DNA of 21,167 bases from Granulicella sp. (GCA_027339965.1 DAHWNL010000011.1:1-21167); one strand, 5' to 3'. Positions 1 through 9,470 are shown, counted from the stretch's first letter. Notes: generated from the sequence alone by a model not told the origin. Program-made: numbers and translations.

Positions 1-88
1 TGCCTGGCGTGGTCTTTCGATGAGCATCGGACCTTGGTGCGCTGCGCAAGATGGAGTGCAAAGAGGGCAGAAATCCAGTCGACAATAG

Positions 89-103
89 TGTATACAGTAT
101 ACG
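89..103. promoter_or_regulatory. Tandem GntR/FadR-type operator candidate TGTATACA-GTATACG
   Basis: Two GTATAC palindromes 7 bp apart (90-95, 97-102) overlap the -10 above. The same core recurs upstream of the TBDR and of gntR. Confidence 0.55.
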
Positions 104-123
104 TATGATGTCGATGATGTCAA
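96..123 (-). promoter_or_regulatory. Sigma70-type promoter pointing left, towards a gene mostly or entirely outside the window
   Basis: Minus strand reads TTGACA (123-118), 16-bp spacer, TATACT (101-96): a perfect -35 and a 5/6 -10. Confidence 0.6.
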
Positions 124-384
124 GGTTCGGATGAGTCGGGATCTCCTGTCCGCAGGCCGCAGCGATGCTGCTTCTCCGCTAAACTCGAACCCGAGCGGCC
201 TCGGTCCTTGTGCCAAGGAAGGTAGAGAGTCGTATCATTCGATTGTCCTGATCGGTAGTTTCGTTCTTATGTAGACTGCTGCCTCGCCGGAACCGGATGA
301 ATACCGAAGCTGAGACCATCATGATGCGATGTAGAGAACGCGTTTCCCGCATACTCTTGGGTCGTAGGTGATTGGAGGATTAAG

Positions 385-3300
385 TTGAAACGTAGAACAT
401 TTTTCAGAGTTGCCGCTGGCGGTGCGTTGATGATGGGCAACTGGCCGAAGATCATGATGGGCGCCCAGGAAGATGCCCCGGACGGAGCCACCCTGCAAAA
501 AGCATTCCTCCACCCTCCTGACTCCACGCGCGCAAAGACCTGGTGGCATTGGATGAACGGAAACGTGACGCGAGAGGGAATCAGGCTTGATCTTGAGGCC
601 ATGCAGCGGGCAGGTATCGGAGGAGTCCAGCTCTTCGAGGTGGGGGAGGGTATTCCTCCAGGACCAGTTGCATACGGAAGCCCTGAACATCTCGAACTTC
701 TTGAATTTGCCGCCAATGAAGCTGCTCGGCTGGGATTGGAATTCGGAATGATGAACGGTCCCGGATTTTCATCCAGCGGCGGCCCGTGGATCACTCCGGA
801 ACTCTCCATGCAGCAATTGACATGGAGCGAAACCTTCCTGGCGGGTGGTCGGGAAGTGCGCTTGGATTTGCCGGAGCCATTCAAGAAGCATGACTATTAC
901 CAGGATGCGATGGTGCTGGCCTTTCCGTCACTGGAAGGCGAGGAACGTCCTTTGCGGGATCTTCTTCGTGAAGTCATCACCAGCAACGGTGCGGTGAATC
1001 CGTTGCTGTTGACCGATGGTGATCTTTCCGCCAGTTTGGAAATCACCCCGGCTTCAGATGGTGATTCGGCTTATCTGCAGGTTGAATTTATTGAGCCCTA
1101 CTCCGCTCGCTCCATCAGCGTTTACGCAAGAGCCAGAGGCCTCATCCTCGAATCCTCCGATGACGGAAACGATTTTCACAAGGTATGCAACCTTGAAATG
1201 TCCCCCGGCGGCCCCATTGAAGTTCCCTGGATTGCCAACTTCCCAATGACCCGTGCAAAGTATTTTCGACTGAGAGCCATGCACGGCTTCCATATTGCGG
1301 AGTTGAGTCTGTCCGGAGCTGAAAGGATCATCGATTGGCCGCAGAAGGCAAATTTCTGCCATCGCCGGGAGGAGAAGGCTTTTCCTGCGACTGGAGCGGT
1401 CTCGAAAGGATCGATAATCGATCCGGCCTCCGTGCTTGACATCTCACAGTTCATGGATGCCCATGGCAGGCTTACCTGGCGAGCTCCCAGCGGGAACTGG
1501 ACCATTCTGAGAATGGGCCACACGACAACCGGATCTCAAAACGTACCGGCTCCGGATGGTGGTCTTGGCTTGGAGTGCGATAAGTACAGCCGAACGGCTT
1601 ACGAATATCATTTCGACCACTTCTTTACAAAGATGTTTTCCACCTTGCGGTCCATCTCTGCAAAAGTCTCTGTCATGTCGGTCATTGACAGCTATGAAGT
1701 AGGGATGCAGACCTGGACGAAAAACTATCCGCTGGACTTCCAGCAGCGCCGCGGATATGACTTGCGCAATTTCATGCCGGCAATGACGGGCAGGGTCGTG
1801 GGGAGCGGAGAGATATCCGATCGCTTTCTCTGGGATGTCCGCAAGACCGATGCGGACTTGATGGATGAAAACTATTACGGATGCTTTGCGGAGCTTTGTG
1901 GGAAGCATGGCATGGAAGCCTATGCGGAGCCTTACAGTGACGGCCCATTTGAGGAAATCGGCGCTGGATCGAAGTTGAATGTCCCCATGGGCGAATTCTG
2001 GGCGGGAAGAGGCAATCAATATAGCATCAAGCTGGCTAGCTCTATCGGACATGTCTTTGGCAAGAAGGTGATCGGCGCGGAGTCCTATACTGGTAATCCG
2101 GTTTTCACCAAATGGCTGCAATATCCATACGCCATGAAGGCTCAAGGTGACTGGATGTATGCCCAGGGGCTCAATCAGTTTATCTTCCACGTCTACGCCA
2201 TGCAGCCGCATCCCACCGCACAGCCAGGTATGACCATGGGGCCGTGGGGCTGGATGCACTCGCGGACGAATTCCTGGTTCAGGATGGAATCAGCATGGCT
2301 GGATTACGTGAAGCGCTGTCAGTACCTATTACGACAAGGCATGGTGGTCGCCGATTTTGTTTACTTCGCGGGCGTCGAAGTTCCCGTATCAACTCCGGTC
2401 TGGCCTGATCAGCTAAGTCCCGCCCCGCCGGCTCAGTACACTTACGATGTCACGAATGCTGAAGGAATTCTTGATCGCATGCAGGTTGAAGACGGGTACA
2501 TTGTCCTGCCCGATGGAATGCGGTACAGAATTCTGGTGCTTCCGGAAGAAACCAGAATTACGCTGCCTTTGCTGCATAAGATTCGCGACATGGTTTACAA
2601 GGGCGCTAACCTTATTGCTCCAAGGCCAGATAAGACGCCGGGACTTTCGAGTTATCCCCAATGTGACACCGCGTTGCATCGTCTGGCCGAAGAGCTCTGG
2701 GGAGATTTAGATGGAATCACCCAGACGAAGAGAACGTTCGGAAAAGGCCGCGTCTTCTGGGGCGAGCCGTTGACATCTGTGCTGGAATCGCTAGAGATCA
2801 AAGCAGACTTTGAATTCTCTTCGCGCTCCGGCGATGCGCCCATCAACTTTATCCACAGGCGCACCGAGGATGCGGATATCTACTTCGTGGCGAACCGTCG
2901 TCGGCAAGCGGAAGATCTGGTCTGCACCTTCCGCGTGGATCATAAAATCCCTGAGCTTTGGAATCCCGAATCTGGCGACATCACAGTTCTGGAGGTCTAT
3001 GATTTTGTCGAAGGCGGAGTACGGTTGCCGCTGACGCTGGGACCGGCTGGATCAACCTTCGTGGTGTTTCGTTCGCCCTCGACCGGTCGGCGGCTCACCG
3101 CGATCCACCACGAAGGAAAAGCCGTTCTGGAGGTCACGCCCTTCCCTGCCATTCCGCCCGGGCGATATCGCAATGTAACGGACACCTTTACCATTAGCGT
3201 CTGGGTGAAGCCAGATGTTGATATGGGTCTGCTTCCTGCAAATCCCTATCGATTGTTAGGACCAAATCTTCTCGCGTATAGCTACGTGATTTACCCTCCA

Positions 3301-4386
3301 GCCGGCGATCAAGTGTATGGAAGCGGCCACGCCGCTTGCGGTCTTGCTGCCGCTCGTGACGGCATCGTTGTGTACGAGAGAGCGAAGAGCGATCCTGAGC
3401 CAGTCCTGGTAGCTCATCAGGCTCTTTCAGGCTGGACGCATATTGCTCTGACCTATAAAGGAGGAAGACCGTCTTTATTTATCGACGGAGAACTTGCCGT
3501 CCAGGGAGAAAAATCCAGCAGTGTAGTTCATCCTGGATTAGGAGAAGCCTTTCAAAGCGACGGCGCTTGCTACTTCTATGGATGCATGAGTGAGCCGGTT
3601 GTGTTTCAGGATCCGCTCAGTCCTCAGCGCATCAAACAGATCGTCAAGGCTGGCGTCCCGGATCCGGACGGCCCTCCGACCCTCGAACCCTCTGGTGAAG
3701 GAGAGCCGGGGCTGCTCATCTGGCAGAACGGCCGCTACACCCTGAAGAGCGACGCTGACCTTCCTTCCCACTTCCAGATCTCCGGGATTGAACCTCCAAG
3801 AGAGATTCGCGGGCCGTGGAGCGTGAGCTTTCCGCCCAATCTGGGCGCCCCATCCAAGATAACTTTGCCGAAGTTGATTTCGCTGCATCTGCACTCGCTG
3901 GAAGGATTACGGCATTTCTCCGGTACTGCAACCTACACGAACAATTTCCACGTCTCCAAACTGGAACTCTCTCAGGACCGGCGGGTGTACATTGACCTGG
4001 GGCGTCTTGCCGTCATTGCAGAGATTCAACTGAACAATCAGAACCTGGGGATCTTATGGAAGCCACCCTTCAGGGTAGATGTTACCAAGGCCCTCCGTCC
4101 AGGCGAGAACAGGCTGCAAATTCAGGTTGTAAATCTATTGACCAATCGGCTCATCGGAGACGAACAGCTACCTGAGGAAAACGAATATTCGAAAAGAGAG
4201 ATGCTCCCCTTTTTCGGTGGGGTCATCAAGAAGCTGCCACAGTGGTATCTCGAAGGAGAGCCGAAGCCTCCCGGAGGCCGCATCACATTCGCCACATGGA
4301 AGCACTATGACAAGAACTCTCCCTTGGTAGAGTCTGGACTGATCGGTCCGGTGACTCTCAGATCCGCCGTCTTCCGTCAGCTTTGA
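385..4386 (+). CDS. Tat-exported glycoside hydrolase family 106 (alpha-L-rhamnosidase-like) with F5/8-type (discoidin/CBM32-like) and LamG-like inserted domains and a C-terminal jelly-roll domain
   Basis: TTG start with GGAGG at 374-378; twin-arginine leader MKRRTFFRVAAGG; GH106 motifs WWHWMNGNVTREGIRLDLEAM, SSGGPWITPELSMQ, GLECDKYS, IDSYEVG, PMGEFW, GAESYT; C-terminal NRLIGD...SGLIGPV; 1333 aa intact. Confidence 0.9.
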   Translation: MKRRTFFRVAAGGALMMGNWPKIMMGAQEDAPDGATLQKAFLHPPDSTRAKTWWHWMNGNVTREGIRLDLEAMQRAGIGGVQLFEVGEGIPPGPVAYGSPEHLELLEFAANEAARLGLEFGMMNGPGFSSSGGPWITPELSMQQLTWSETFLAGGREVRLDLPEPFKKHDYYQDAMVLAFPSLEGEERPLRDLLREVITSNGAVNPLLLTDGDLSASLEITPASDGDSAYLQVEFIEPYSARSISVYARARGLILESSDDGNDFHKVCNLEMSPGGPIEVPWIANFPMTRAKYFRLRAMHGFHIAELSLSGAERIIDWPQKANFCHRREEKAFPATGAVSKGSIIDPASVLDISQFMDAHGRLTWRAPSGNWTILRMGHTTTGSQNVPAPDGGLGLECDKYSRTAYEYHFDHFFTKMFSTLRSISAKVSVMSVIDSYEVGMQTWTKNYPLDFQQRRGYDLRNFMPAMTGRVVGSGEISDRFLWDVRKTDADLMDENYYGCFAELCGKHGMEAYAEPYSDGPFEEIGAGSKLNVPMGEFWAGRGNQYSIKLASSIGHVFGKKVIGAESYTGNPVFTKWLQYPYAMKAQGDWMYAQGLNQFIFHVYAMQPHPTAQPGMTMGPWGWMHSRTNSWFRMESAWLDYVKRCQYLLRQGMVVADFVYFAGVEVPVSTPVWPDQLSPAPPAQYTYDVTNAEGILDRMQVEDGYIVLPDGMRYRILVLPEETRITLPLLHKIRDMVYKGANLIAPRPDKTPGLSSYPQCDTALHRLAEELWGDLDGITQTKRTFGKGRVFWGEPLTSVLESLEIKADFEFSSRSGDAPINFIHRRTEDADIYFVANRRRQAEDLVCTFRVDHKIPELWNPESGDITVLEVYDFVEGGVRLPLTLGPAGSTFVVFRSPSTGRRLTAIHHEGKAVLEVTPFPAIPPGRYRNVTDTFTISVWVKPDVDMGLLPANPYRLLGPNLLAYSYVIYPPAGDQVYGSGHAACGLAAARDGIVVYERAKSDPEPVLVAHQALSGWTHIALTYKGGRPSLFIDGELAVQGEKSSSVVHPGLGEAFQSDGACYFYGCMSEPVVFQDPLSPQRIKQIVKAGVPDPDGPPTLEPSGEGEPGLLIWQNGRYTLKSDADLPSHFQISGIEPPREIRGPWSVSFPPNLGAPSKITLPKLISLHLHSLEGLRHFSGTATYTNNFHVSKLELSQDRRVYIDLGRLAVIAEIQLNNQNLGILWKPPFRVDVTKALRPGENRLQIQVVNLLTNRLIGDEQLPEENEYSKREMLPFFGGVIKKLPQWYLEGEPKPPGGRITFATWKHYDKNSPLVESGLIGPVTLRSAVFRQL

Positions 4387-4489
4387 GAGCAACAGCGCGG
4401 TCCAGCCCTCCAATCGAGCGAAGGACCGTGAGTGACATGCGGTTGAGAGCATTCACGCAGACCTTTGGATTACCGAGAGCCTGTTTCCG

Positions 4490-5092
4490 TTCTTGGAACG
4501 GGATATCGTATCCGAGTGGGAAGAGGAATCCTCTGCCCCTCCTCGGCTCGGCAATCGTAGAGCATGCAGCCACGGAAGCCGTATGTGGGCGACTCAGGCC
4601 GGGAGCGGTGGGTTGGATCATCTGCTCAAGAACGACAGGCCAAAGGTCAAAAGCCCCGCTGCGCGCAGCCTGAAACCTGAACAAGGATAAAGGCCGCGCA
4701 CCGATCAAAGGATGGAGCGGATGGCGTTGCGAGGACGCTCCGCGGGCGGCAGCCAGTCGCCTGGAAGACCTCGAGGCTCGCCTCACAATCGGCCGTCTGG
4801 ACTTCGCGCCGCCGCTGCATGGCCACATGGCAACGGCCAGTATCATCGAGAGCCTTCACGCCGGAGCATGCATCCAGGCTCGCCGTGTGCCCTTTTACCC
4901 GCCGGGCAGGGCGGTCTTGCACTGGATCGCTTCGGGCTTGCTCAGGGCCAAGAAACGCTTCAACCGCATCCTTGGCCGCCAACACCTGGGGGACGCCATC
5001 CTCAACCTCAATGCGACCGCCAGCGAGAAAGTTGTGCCGTAACAGCAACCGAATTGCTGCCTTCCACCTTCAACTGCGGACGGGGCTGTGCT
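4490..5092 (+). mobile_element. Degenerate IS256-family (Mutator-type) transposase remnant, C-terminal part plus probable right end
   Basis: Joining frames gives LDHLLKNDRPKVKS/PLRAA*NL...APRAAASRLEDLEARLTIGRLDFAPPLHGHMATASIIESLHAGACIQARRV...VLHWIASGLLRAKKRFNRILG. This resembles the IS256 C-terminus as recalled (PSAAASLLEGLEECFTINRL..LATTNIIES...LRWAASAFLETEKNFRRIMG). It has a frameshift near 4655 and an in-frame TGA at 4671-4673. CCACCTTCAACTGCGGACGGGGC (from 5064) resembles IS256 right ends. Confidence 0.8.
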
Positions 5093-5244
5093 GCCAGAAT
5101 CTCCCTCTCCCAAATTCGCTCTGGCCATCGATCGTGTGCGGCGCATTGCAGAAACGTTGAATGGGATCAATTACTTATCCCGCCCGGCCTCCATTTGGGA
5201 GCAACGCAACATCCAGCCGCCGCAGGGTGGCACAAAGATTTTCC

Positions 5245-5274
5245 TTGCGTTAATGGCATGGCTTTATGTATACA
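5245..5274 (+). promoter_or_regulatory. Putative TBDR promoter with an overlapping TGTATACA operator candidate
   Basis: TTGCGT (5245-5250), 18-bp spacer, TATACA (5269-5274); perfect palindrome TGTATACA at 5267-5274. Confidence 0.45.
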
Positions 5275-5406
5275 GGAGAGCATTCAAGTCTGGGACGAAA
5301 AGGGACCAGAGTGAGCTTACTGTGCTGTCCAGGCTCCATTTTCCCTTTCAGCAGACAGCATTCGATTCAAACCCATAGTTTTCAAAATATAACTTTTAGG
5401 AGGTTC

Positions 5407-8400
5407 ATGATGATGAAAAAGCCTTTCTTGCTATCAGTCTTCCTGGGCGAATCCAGCCAGCAGAGTTTCCATCTTCAAAGAGAAAGCCGGGCCGCGCAGA
5501 TCAAGCTTTTCTTCGCCGGTTCTCTAGCCCTGCTCAGCCTGCTATGGATTCTGGCTCCTGGCGCTTTGCCGGCGCAGGTGACAACGGCGAGCCTGGTCGG
5601 GGTGGCCACGGATTCATCGGGCGCTGCGGTTGCCGGCGCAAAGGTGACGGCTGTGAACACCGCAACGAACGTTCCCACCAGCACGGTTACAGACTCACGT
5701 GGCCGCTACGCGCTGCCGGATCTTCAACCGGGCGGGCCGTACACCATCAGCGCCACGGCATCGGGATTCAAGACCGACGTACACAGCGGTATCCATCTCT
5801 CGATCAATCAGACCTCCACGGTCAACTTCTCGTTCTCGGTAGGCTCGCTCTCACAGAAAGTTCAGGTGACAGGCGACGTAAACCAACTGCAAACCACCAC
5901 CTCTTCGATGGGCCAGGTGATCAGTAACCGCTCAGTCGTGGATCTTCCTCTCAACCAGAGGAATCCTTATTCGTTGATGTTCCTGGAACCCGGCGTCACG
6001 GGATCTGTGGGTTTTCAGTACAACAGCCTCAATCTCTCGGTAGACGGCGGCCGGCCGGGCAGCACCCTGGTTCTGCTGGATGGAATTCCGGCGACGACGC
6101 CCACGATAGTTCCGATCACCAGTTTTGGAGCGATTCCCTCTGTGGACGCGGTTCAGGAGTTCAAAGTGATGCTGACCTCCTACCCCGCTGAGTTCGGGCG
6201 CAGTGGAAGCGGCATTGTGAACGTGATTCTGAAATCCGGTACAAACCAGTTCCACGGTAGCCTTTACGACTTTTACCGCAACGCCGGAATGGATGCCAAT
6301 ACGTACTTCGCTAACCACAATCATATCCCTTTGCCGAGTTTTCAAAGGAGCCAGTTCGGAGTGAGCGTGACGGGTCCCGTCCTCTTGCCAAAGCTGTATA
6401 ACGGGAAAGATAAGACGTTCTTCCTGTTTTCCTATGAAGGCCTGCGCCAAGGGAGCGTCGGCGAGGTCTTTGCCACTGTTCCAACGCAGTTGCAACGAGA
6501 GGGAAATTTCTCTCAGACCTTGGACGGCGCCGGCCAGCCGGTGACGATCTACGACCCCACGACGACGACGCTATCGTCAAACGGCACCTACACTCGCCAG
6601 CCCTTTCCCGGCGACATTATTCCCGCGTCCAGAATCGATCCGATCGCCGCGAAGGTGATGAACTACTACCCGCTGCCGAACGTGCCCGGCACGGTCTCCG
6701 GCGAAAACAACTGGTTTGGGTCGGGAACCAACGTATTGAACATGAATACGTTTGACGCAAAAGTCGACCAGGACTTCGGCGCGAAGAACAGAATGTTTGT
6801 TCGCTACTCTCACCACGGAGTAACCCAACCGCCTCTCATCGTGTTTCCAAAAGCGGATCAGATCGGTGAGGGTGGAATCACCCAGGTCGAAAATCTGAAC
6901 AGCGCATCCCTGGACTACACGCACACCTTCGGTACAAAGTTCGTCATGGAGATTCCGATCGGGTTTTCGCGGTCAGGGATCACGAACACCCCAATCAGCT
7001 TGGGCTTTGACCCGGTCGCCAACCTCGGCATGCCGCAGTACATTGACACCTATGCGGATGAGCTTCTCTTTCCTGGTTTCTGCCCCTCGAGTTATTACTG
7101 CCTGGGGGATGCAGGCTCCGGGGAGTACAACGTGATCGGCTTGAACATCTTTTCGTTCGGGATCAACAATACAACGGTGCTCGGCAACCATGTGATCTCC
7201 TTCGGAGGAGAGAACTGGATTCTTCAAGTCAATACAAATCAGTCCTACGATCCCACCGGTCAGTTCAACTTCAATGTTGAGCCCACGCAAGGTCCGGATG
7301 CTAACGTGGCGACTCTGAACGGCGGCAACTCCATCGCTTCCATGTTGCTGGGTATCGGGAACGGCGAACAGCAAAAGCATCAGGCAGATGCGGCGACTAC
7401 AAGCCGGTACTTCGGTTTCTACGTTCAGGACGACTGGACAGTGATACCAAAGCTCACTTTGAATCTGGGCCTTCGCTGGGATCTTGAGATCCCCCGCACG
7501 GAACGTTACAACCGCATGGAGACCTTCGATGCCAGTCTTCCAACGCCTGTGGCGGCGGAGGCAGGATTGCCAGGCTTGACGGGCGGAACTCTCTTTGTCG
7601 GCACGTCTGGAAGCGCCCGCCGCCAGTATCAGCCGCGCTGGCTAGACGTCAGTCCCCGCTTTGGCTTTGCTTACCAATTGACCTCCACCATTGCAATTAA
7701 CGGTGCGTATGGCATCTACTACAACCCCAGCTACCGCAGCGCGGGCGGCCAGATCGGGCAGGAAGGCTTCGGATCTTCAACGGTGTATACCGGAATGCCC
7801 AATGGTTTGACGCCTTCGGTATACCTTACCAATCCCTTCCCCAACGGAATCAATCTGCCTTCGGGGAGCAGTCTGGGAGCCCTCACGGGTATCGGCACGT
7901 CGTTCCTGAACCCGATCACCGGAGACAATGTAGTGCCTTACACGGAGAACTGGGACTTTGATATCCAGAAGCAGTTGCCGCATGGCATCCTGGTCGATGC
8001 CGGGTATGTGGGAAGCCATGGAGTGCATCTGGTAAAGGGTGCGAGCACTGATTGGAACGCCGATCAGTTGACCACCGCCGATCTGGCGCTGGGCACACAG
8101 TTGGAGCAGAGCGTGCCAAATCCCTTCTATGGGATCATCACCACCGGTCCCGAGTCACAACCCACCATCGCAAAAAGCTTCCTGGTGGCTCCTTTCCCGC
8201 AGTTCCCGACAGTGACCTATTCCTATCCAACGGGCGGGTATGAGGACTACAACTCCTTCCAGTTGAAGATGGACAAGCGCTACTCGAACGGCCTGAACCT
8301 GCTTGTAGCCTACACAGGTCAGAAACAAATCGACGACTGGTCAGGCATTCAGAACGTCGGCAACATTACAGGAGGTATCCAGAACGTCTATGACTCTCTT

Positions 8401-8979
8401 GGGGAACGGGCCATCTCCTCCAACAATATTTCACGGAGCTTTGTCGCCAGCGGTACCTACAGCCTGCCGGTCGGGCGCGGCCGGCGGTTTGGATCCCAGT
8501 GGAACCGGCCTGTAGATGATGTGCTCGGCGGCTGGCAGATCAACGCCATCTGCACCGAACAGAATGGCTTCCCGATCTCCGTCAATACTCAGAATACTTC
8601 CCATTCCGGCAGCGAAGTTCTCAGGCCGAACCTGACCGGAGTTAACCCCTATGAGCCAGGACCTGCCGCATCCAAATTGAATCAATATATCAATCCCGCG
8701 GCATTCACGCAGCCGGCTCCTTTCACGTTTGGCAACACTCCTCGCACGCTACCGAATGTACGTGCTCCTGGTTACCACGATATCGACTTTTCTCTTTTCA
8801 AGACTCTTCCTCTCACCAACAGCGTCAACGCGGAGATTAGAGGAGAGTTTTTCAACGCTCTGAATCAGGTTCAATTCGGATATCCCAACTCTTTCTTGAG
8901 TTCAGAGCAGTTTGGAGTGATCAATTCTCAGGCAAACTCTCCACGGCAGATTCAAGTGGCTGTGAAGATCCTCTGGTAA
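5407..8979 (+). CDS. TonB-dependent outer-membrane transporter, Oar-like, with N-terminal carboxypeptidase-regulatory-like domain
   Basis: AGGAGG at 5398-5403 precedes ATGATGATG (5407/5410/5413), so the ORF-track start at 5266 is probably too long. Motifs: signal peptide ending PA-Q; G.V.D.SGAAVAGAKVT...Y.ISATASGF; plug DLPLNQRN, PSVDAVQEFKV..AEFGRSGSG; KSGTNQFHGSLYDF; FYVQDDW..LTLNLGLRWD; C-terminal PRQIQVAVKILW with a terminal aromatic residue. Confidence 0.93.
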   Translation: MMMKKPFLLSVFLGESSQQSFHLQRESRAAQIKLFFAGSLALLSLLWILAPGALPAQVTTASLVGVATDSSGAAVAGAKVTAVNTATNVPTSTVTDSRGRYALPDLQPGGPYTISATASGFKTDVHSGIHLSINQTSTVNFSFSVGSLSQKVQVTGDVNQLQTTTSSMGQVISNRSVVDLPLNQRNPYSLMFLEPGVTGSVGFQYNSLNLSVDGGRPGSTLVLLDGIPATTPTIVPITSFGAIPSVDAVQEFKVMLTSYPAEFGRSGSGIVNVILKSGTNQFHGSLYDFYRNAGMDANTYFANHNHIPLPSFQRSQFGVSVTGPVLLPKLYNGKDKTFFLFSYEGLRQGSVGEVFATVPTQLQREGNFSQTLDGAGQPVTIYDPTTTTLSSNGTYTRQPFPGDIIPASRIDPIAAKVMNYYPLPNVPGTVSGENNWFGSGTNVLNMNTFDAKVDQDFGAKNRMFVRYSHHGVTQPPLIVFPKADQIGEGGITQVENLNSASLDYTHTFGTKFVMEIPIGFSRSGITNTPISLGFDPVANLGMPQYIDTYADELLFPGFCPSSYYCLGDAGSGEYNVIGLNIFSFGINNTTVLGNHVISFGGENWILQVNTNQSYDPTGQFNFNVEPTQGPDANVATLNGGNSIASMLLGIGNGEQQKHQADAATTSRYFGFYVQDDWTVIPKLTLNLGLRWDLEIPRTERYNRMETFDASLPTPVAAEAGLPGLTGGTLFVGTSGSARRQYQPRWLDVSPRFGFAYQLTSTIAINGAYGIYYNPSYRSAGGQIGQEGFGSSTVYTGMPNGLTPSVYLTNPFPNGINLPSGSSLGALTGIGTSFLNPITGDNVVPYTENWDFDIQKQLPHGILVDAGYVGSHGVHLVKGASTDWNADQLTTADLALGTQLEQSVPNPFYGIITTGPESQPTIAKSFLVAPFPQFPTVTYSYPTGGYEDYNSFQLKMDKRYSNGLNLLVAYTGQKQIDDWSGIQNVGNITGGIQNVYDSLGERAISSNNISRSFVASGTYSLPVGRGRRFGSQWNRPVDDVLGGWQINAICTEQNGFPISVNTQNTSHSGSEVLRPNLTGVNPYEPGPAASKLNQYINPAAFTQPAPFTFGNTPRTLPNVRAPGYHDIDFSLFKTLPLTNSVNAEIRGEFFNALNQVQFGYPNSFLSSEQFGVINSQANSPRQIQVAVKILW

Positions 8980-9024
8980 CGGTCGGCTTCTTCAAGGATC
9001 ATCAGCAACTTTCTGCGGTTCCTC

Positions 9025-9075
9025 TTGGGTGGGGAAGCATGGATGCGGCTTCGCTGCATGCATGCCCCCACCCAA
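9025..9075 (+). terminator. Long GC-rich stem-loop downstream of the TBDR gene (terminator or mRNA-stabilising hairpin)
   Basis: TTGGGTGGGG-aa-GCATG-g-ATGCGGC-ttc-GCTGCAT-g-CATGC-CCCCACCCAA gives about 22 paired positions including one G.U. It starts 46 nt after the stop and has no clean U-tract. Confidence 0.55.
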
Positions 9076-9205
9076 ACTGCTTTCCACCATTGCTCCGCCA
9101 TCCTTTTCTCCCATGCTTAAACCGGCCTCCAAGATTCGAGAGAAGAGACAGGCGAAGTCATTGCTCCACAGCCGGCCATGGCGATTTCGGAGACCTGGAG
9201 CAGCG

Positions 9206-9470
9206 ATGACACGAGATGCGCCCTGGAGTTACGCAGCGGCTTTCAAGACAGAGGTAGACCTGGCCGCAGCCACTCTCGATGAAGACAAGACGCCGGCTGA
9301 GCCAGCTCCTCAAGTTCACCATCACCCCAACCAGATCTCGCTATGGAAGTTGATGCCTATTGTTTGCTGTTCCGTGCTTTGTCAGAAGGTCAGAGCGCAG
9401 TCTCCGACTTGGAGATCTTACCGCGTCGATGGAGCTTGGGAGACGATATGGAGGGGGCGCTTGCCTTCCA
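9206..9470 (+). mobile_element. Degenerate IS3-family transposase OrfA (HTH) remnant
   Basis: GGAG at 9197-9200, then MTRDAPWSYAAAFKTEVDLAAATLDEDKTPAEPAPQVHHHPNQISLWK, resembling IS3 OrfA (MTRRPRRNHSPAFKAKVALAA.KGEKTLAELAQQFDVHPNQITQWK). Similarity decays afterwards and no OrfB is visible. Confidence 0.7.

Noticed and set aside
4358..5378. Cluster of 65-200 aa ORFs as real small genes
   Set aside because: Mostly explained by the decayed IS256 element; 5088-5378 has no recognisable motif or RBS.
5266..5406. ORF-track N-terminal extension of the TBDR
   Set aside because: The ATG at 5266 lies within the promoter/operator candidate; a strong AGGAGG precedes 5407-5413.
7783..7792. Additional GTATAC cores inside the TBDR (and in trmFO near 15226)
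   Set aside because: They are inside coding sequence, far from promoters, and a 6-mer is expected by chance at this frequency.
9059..9090. TG-starting sequence as a possible IS3 left inverted repeat
   Set aside because: It is better explained as the 3' arm of the 9025-9075 hairpin, and no matching right end was found.
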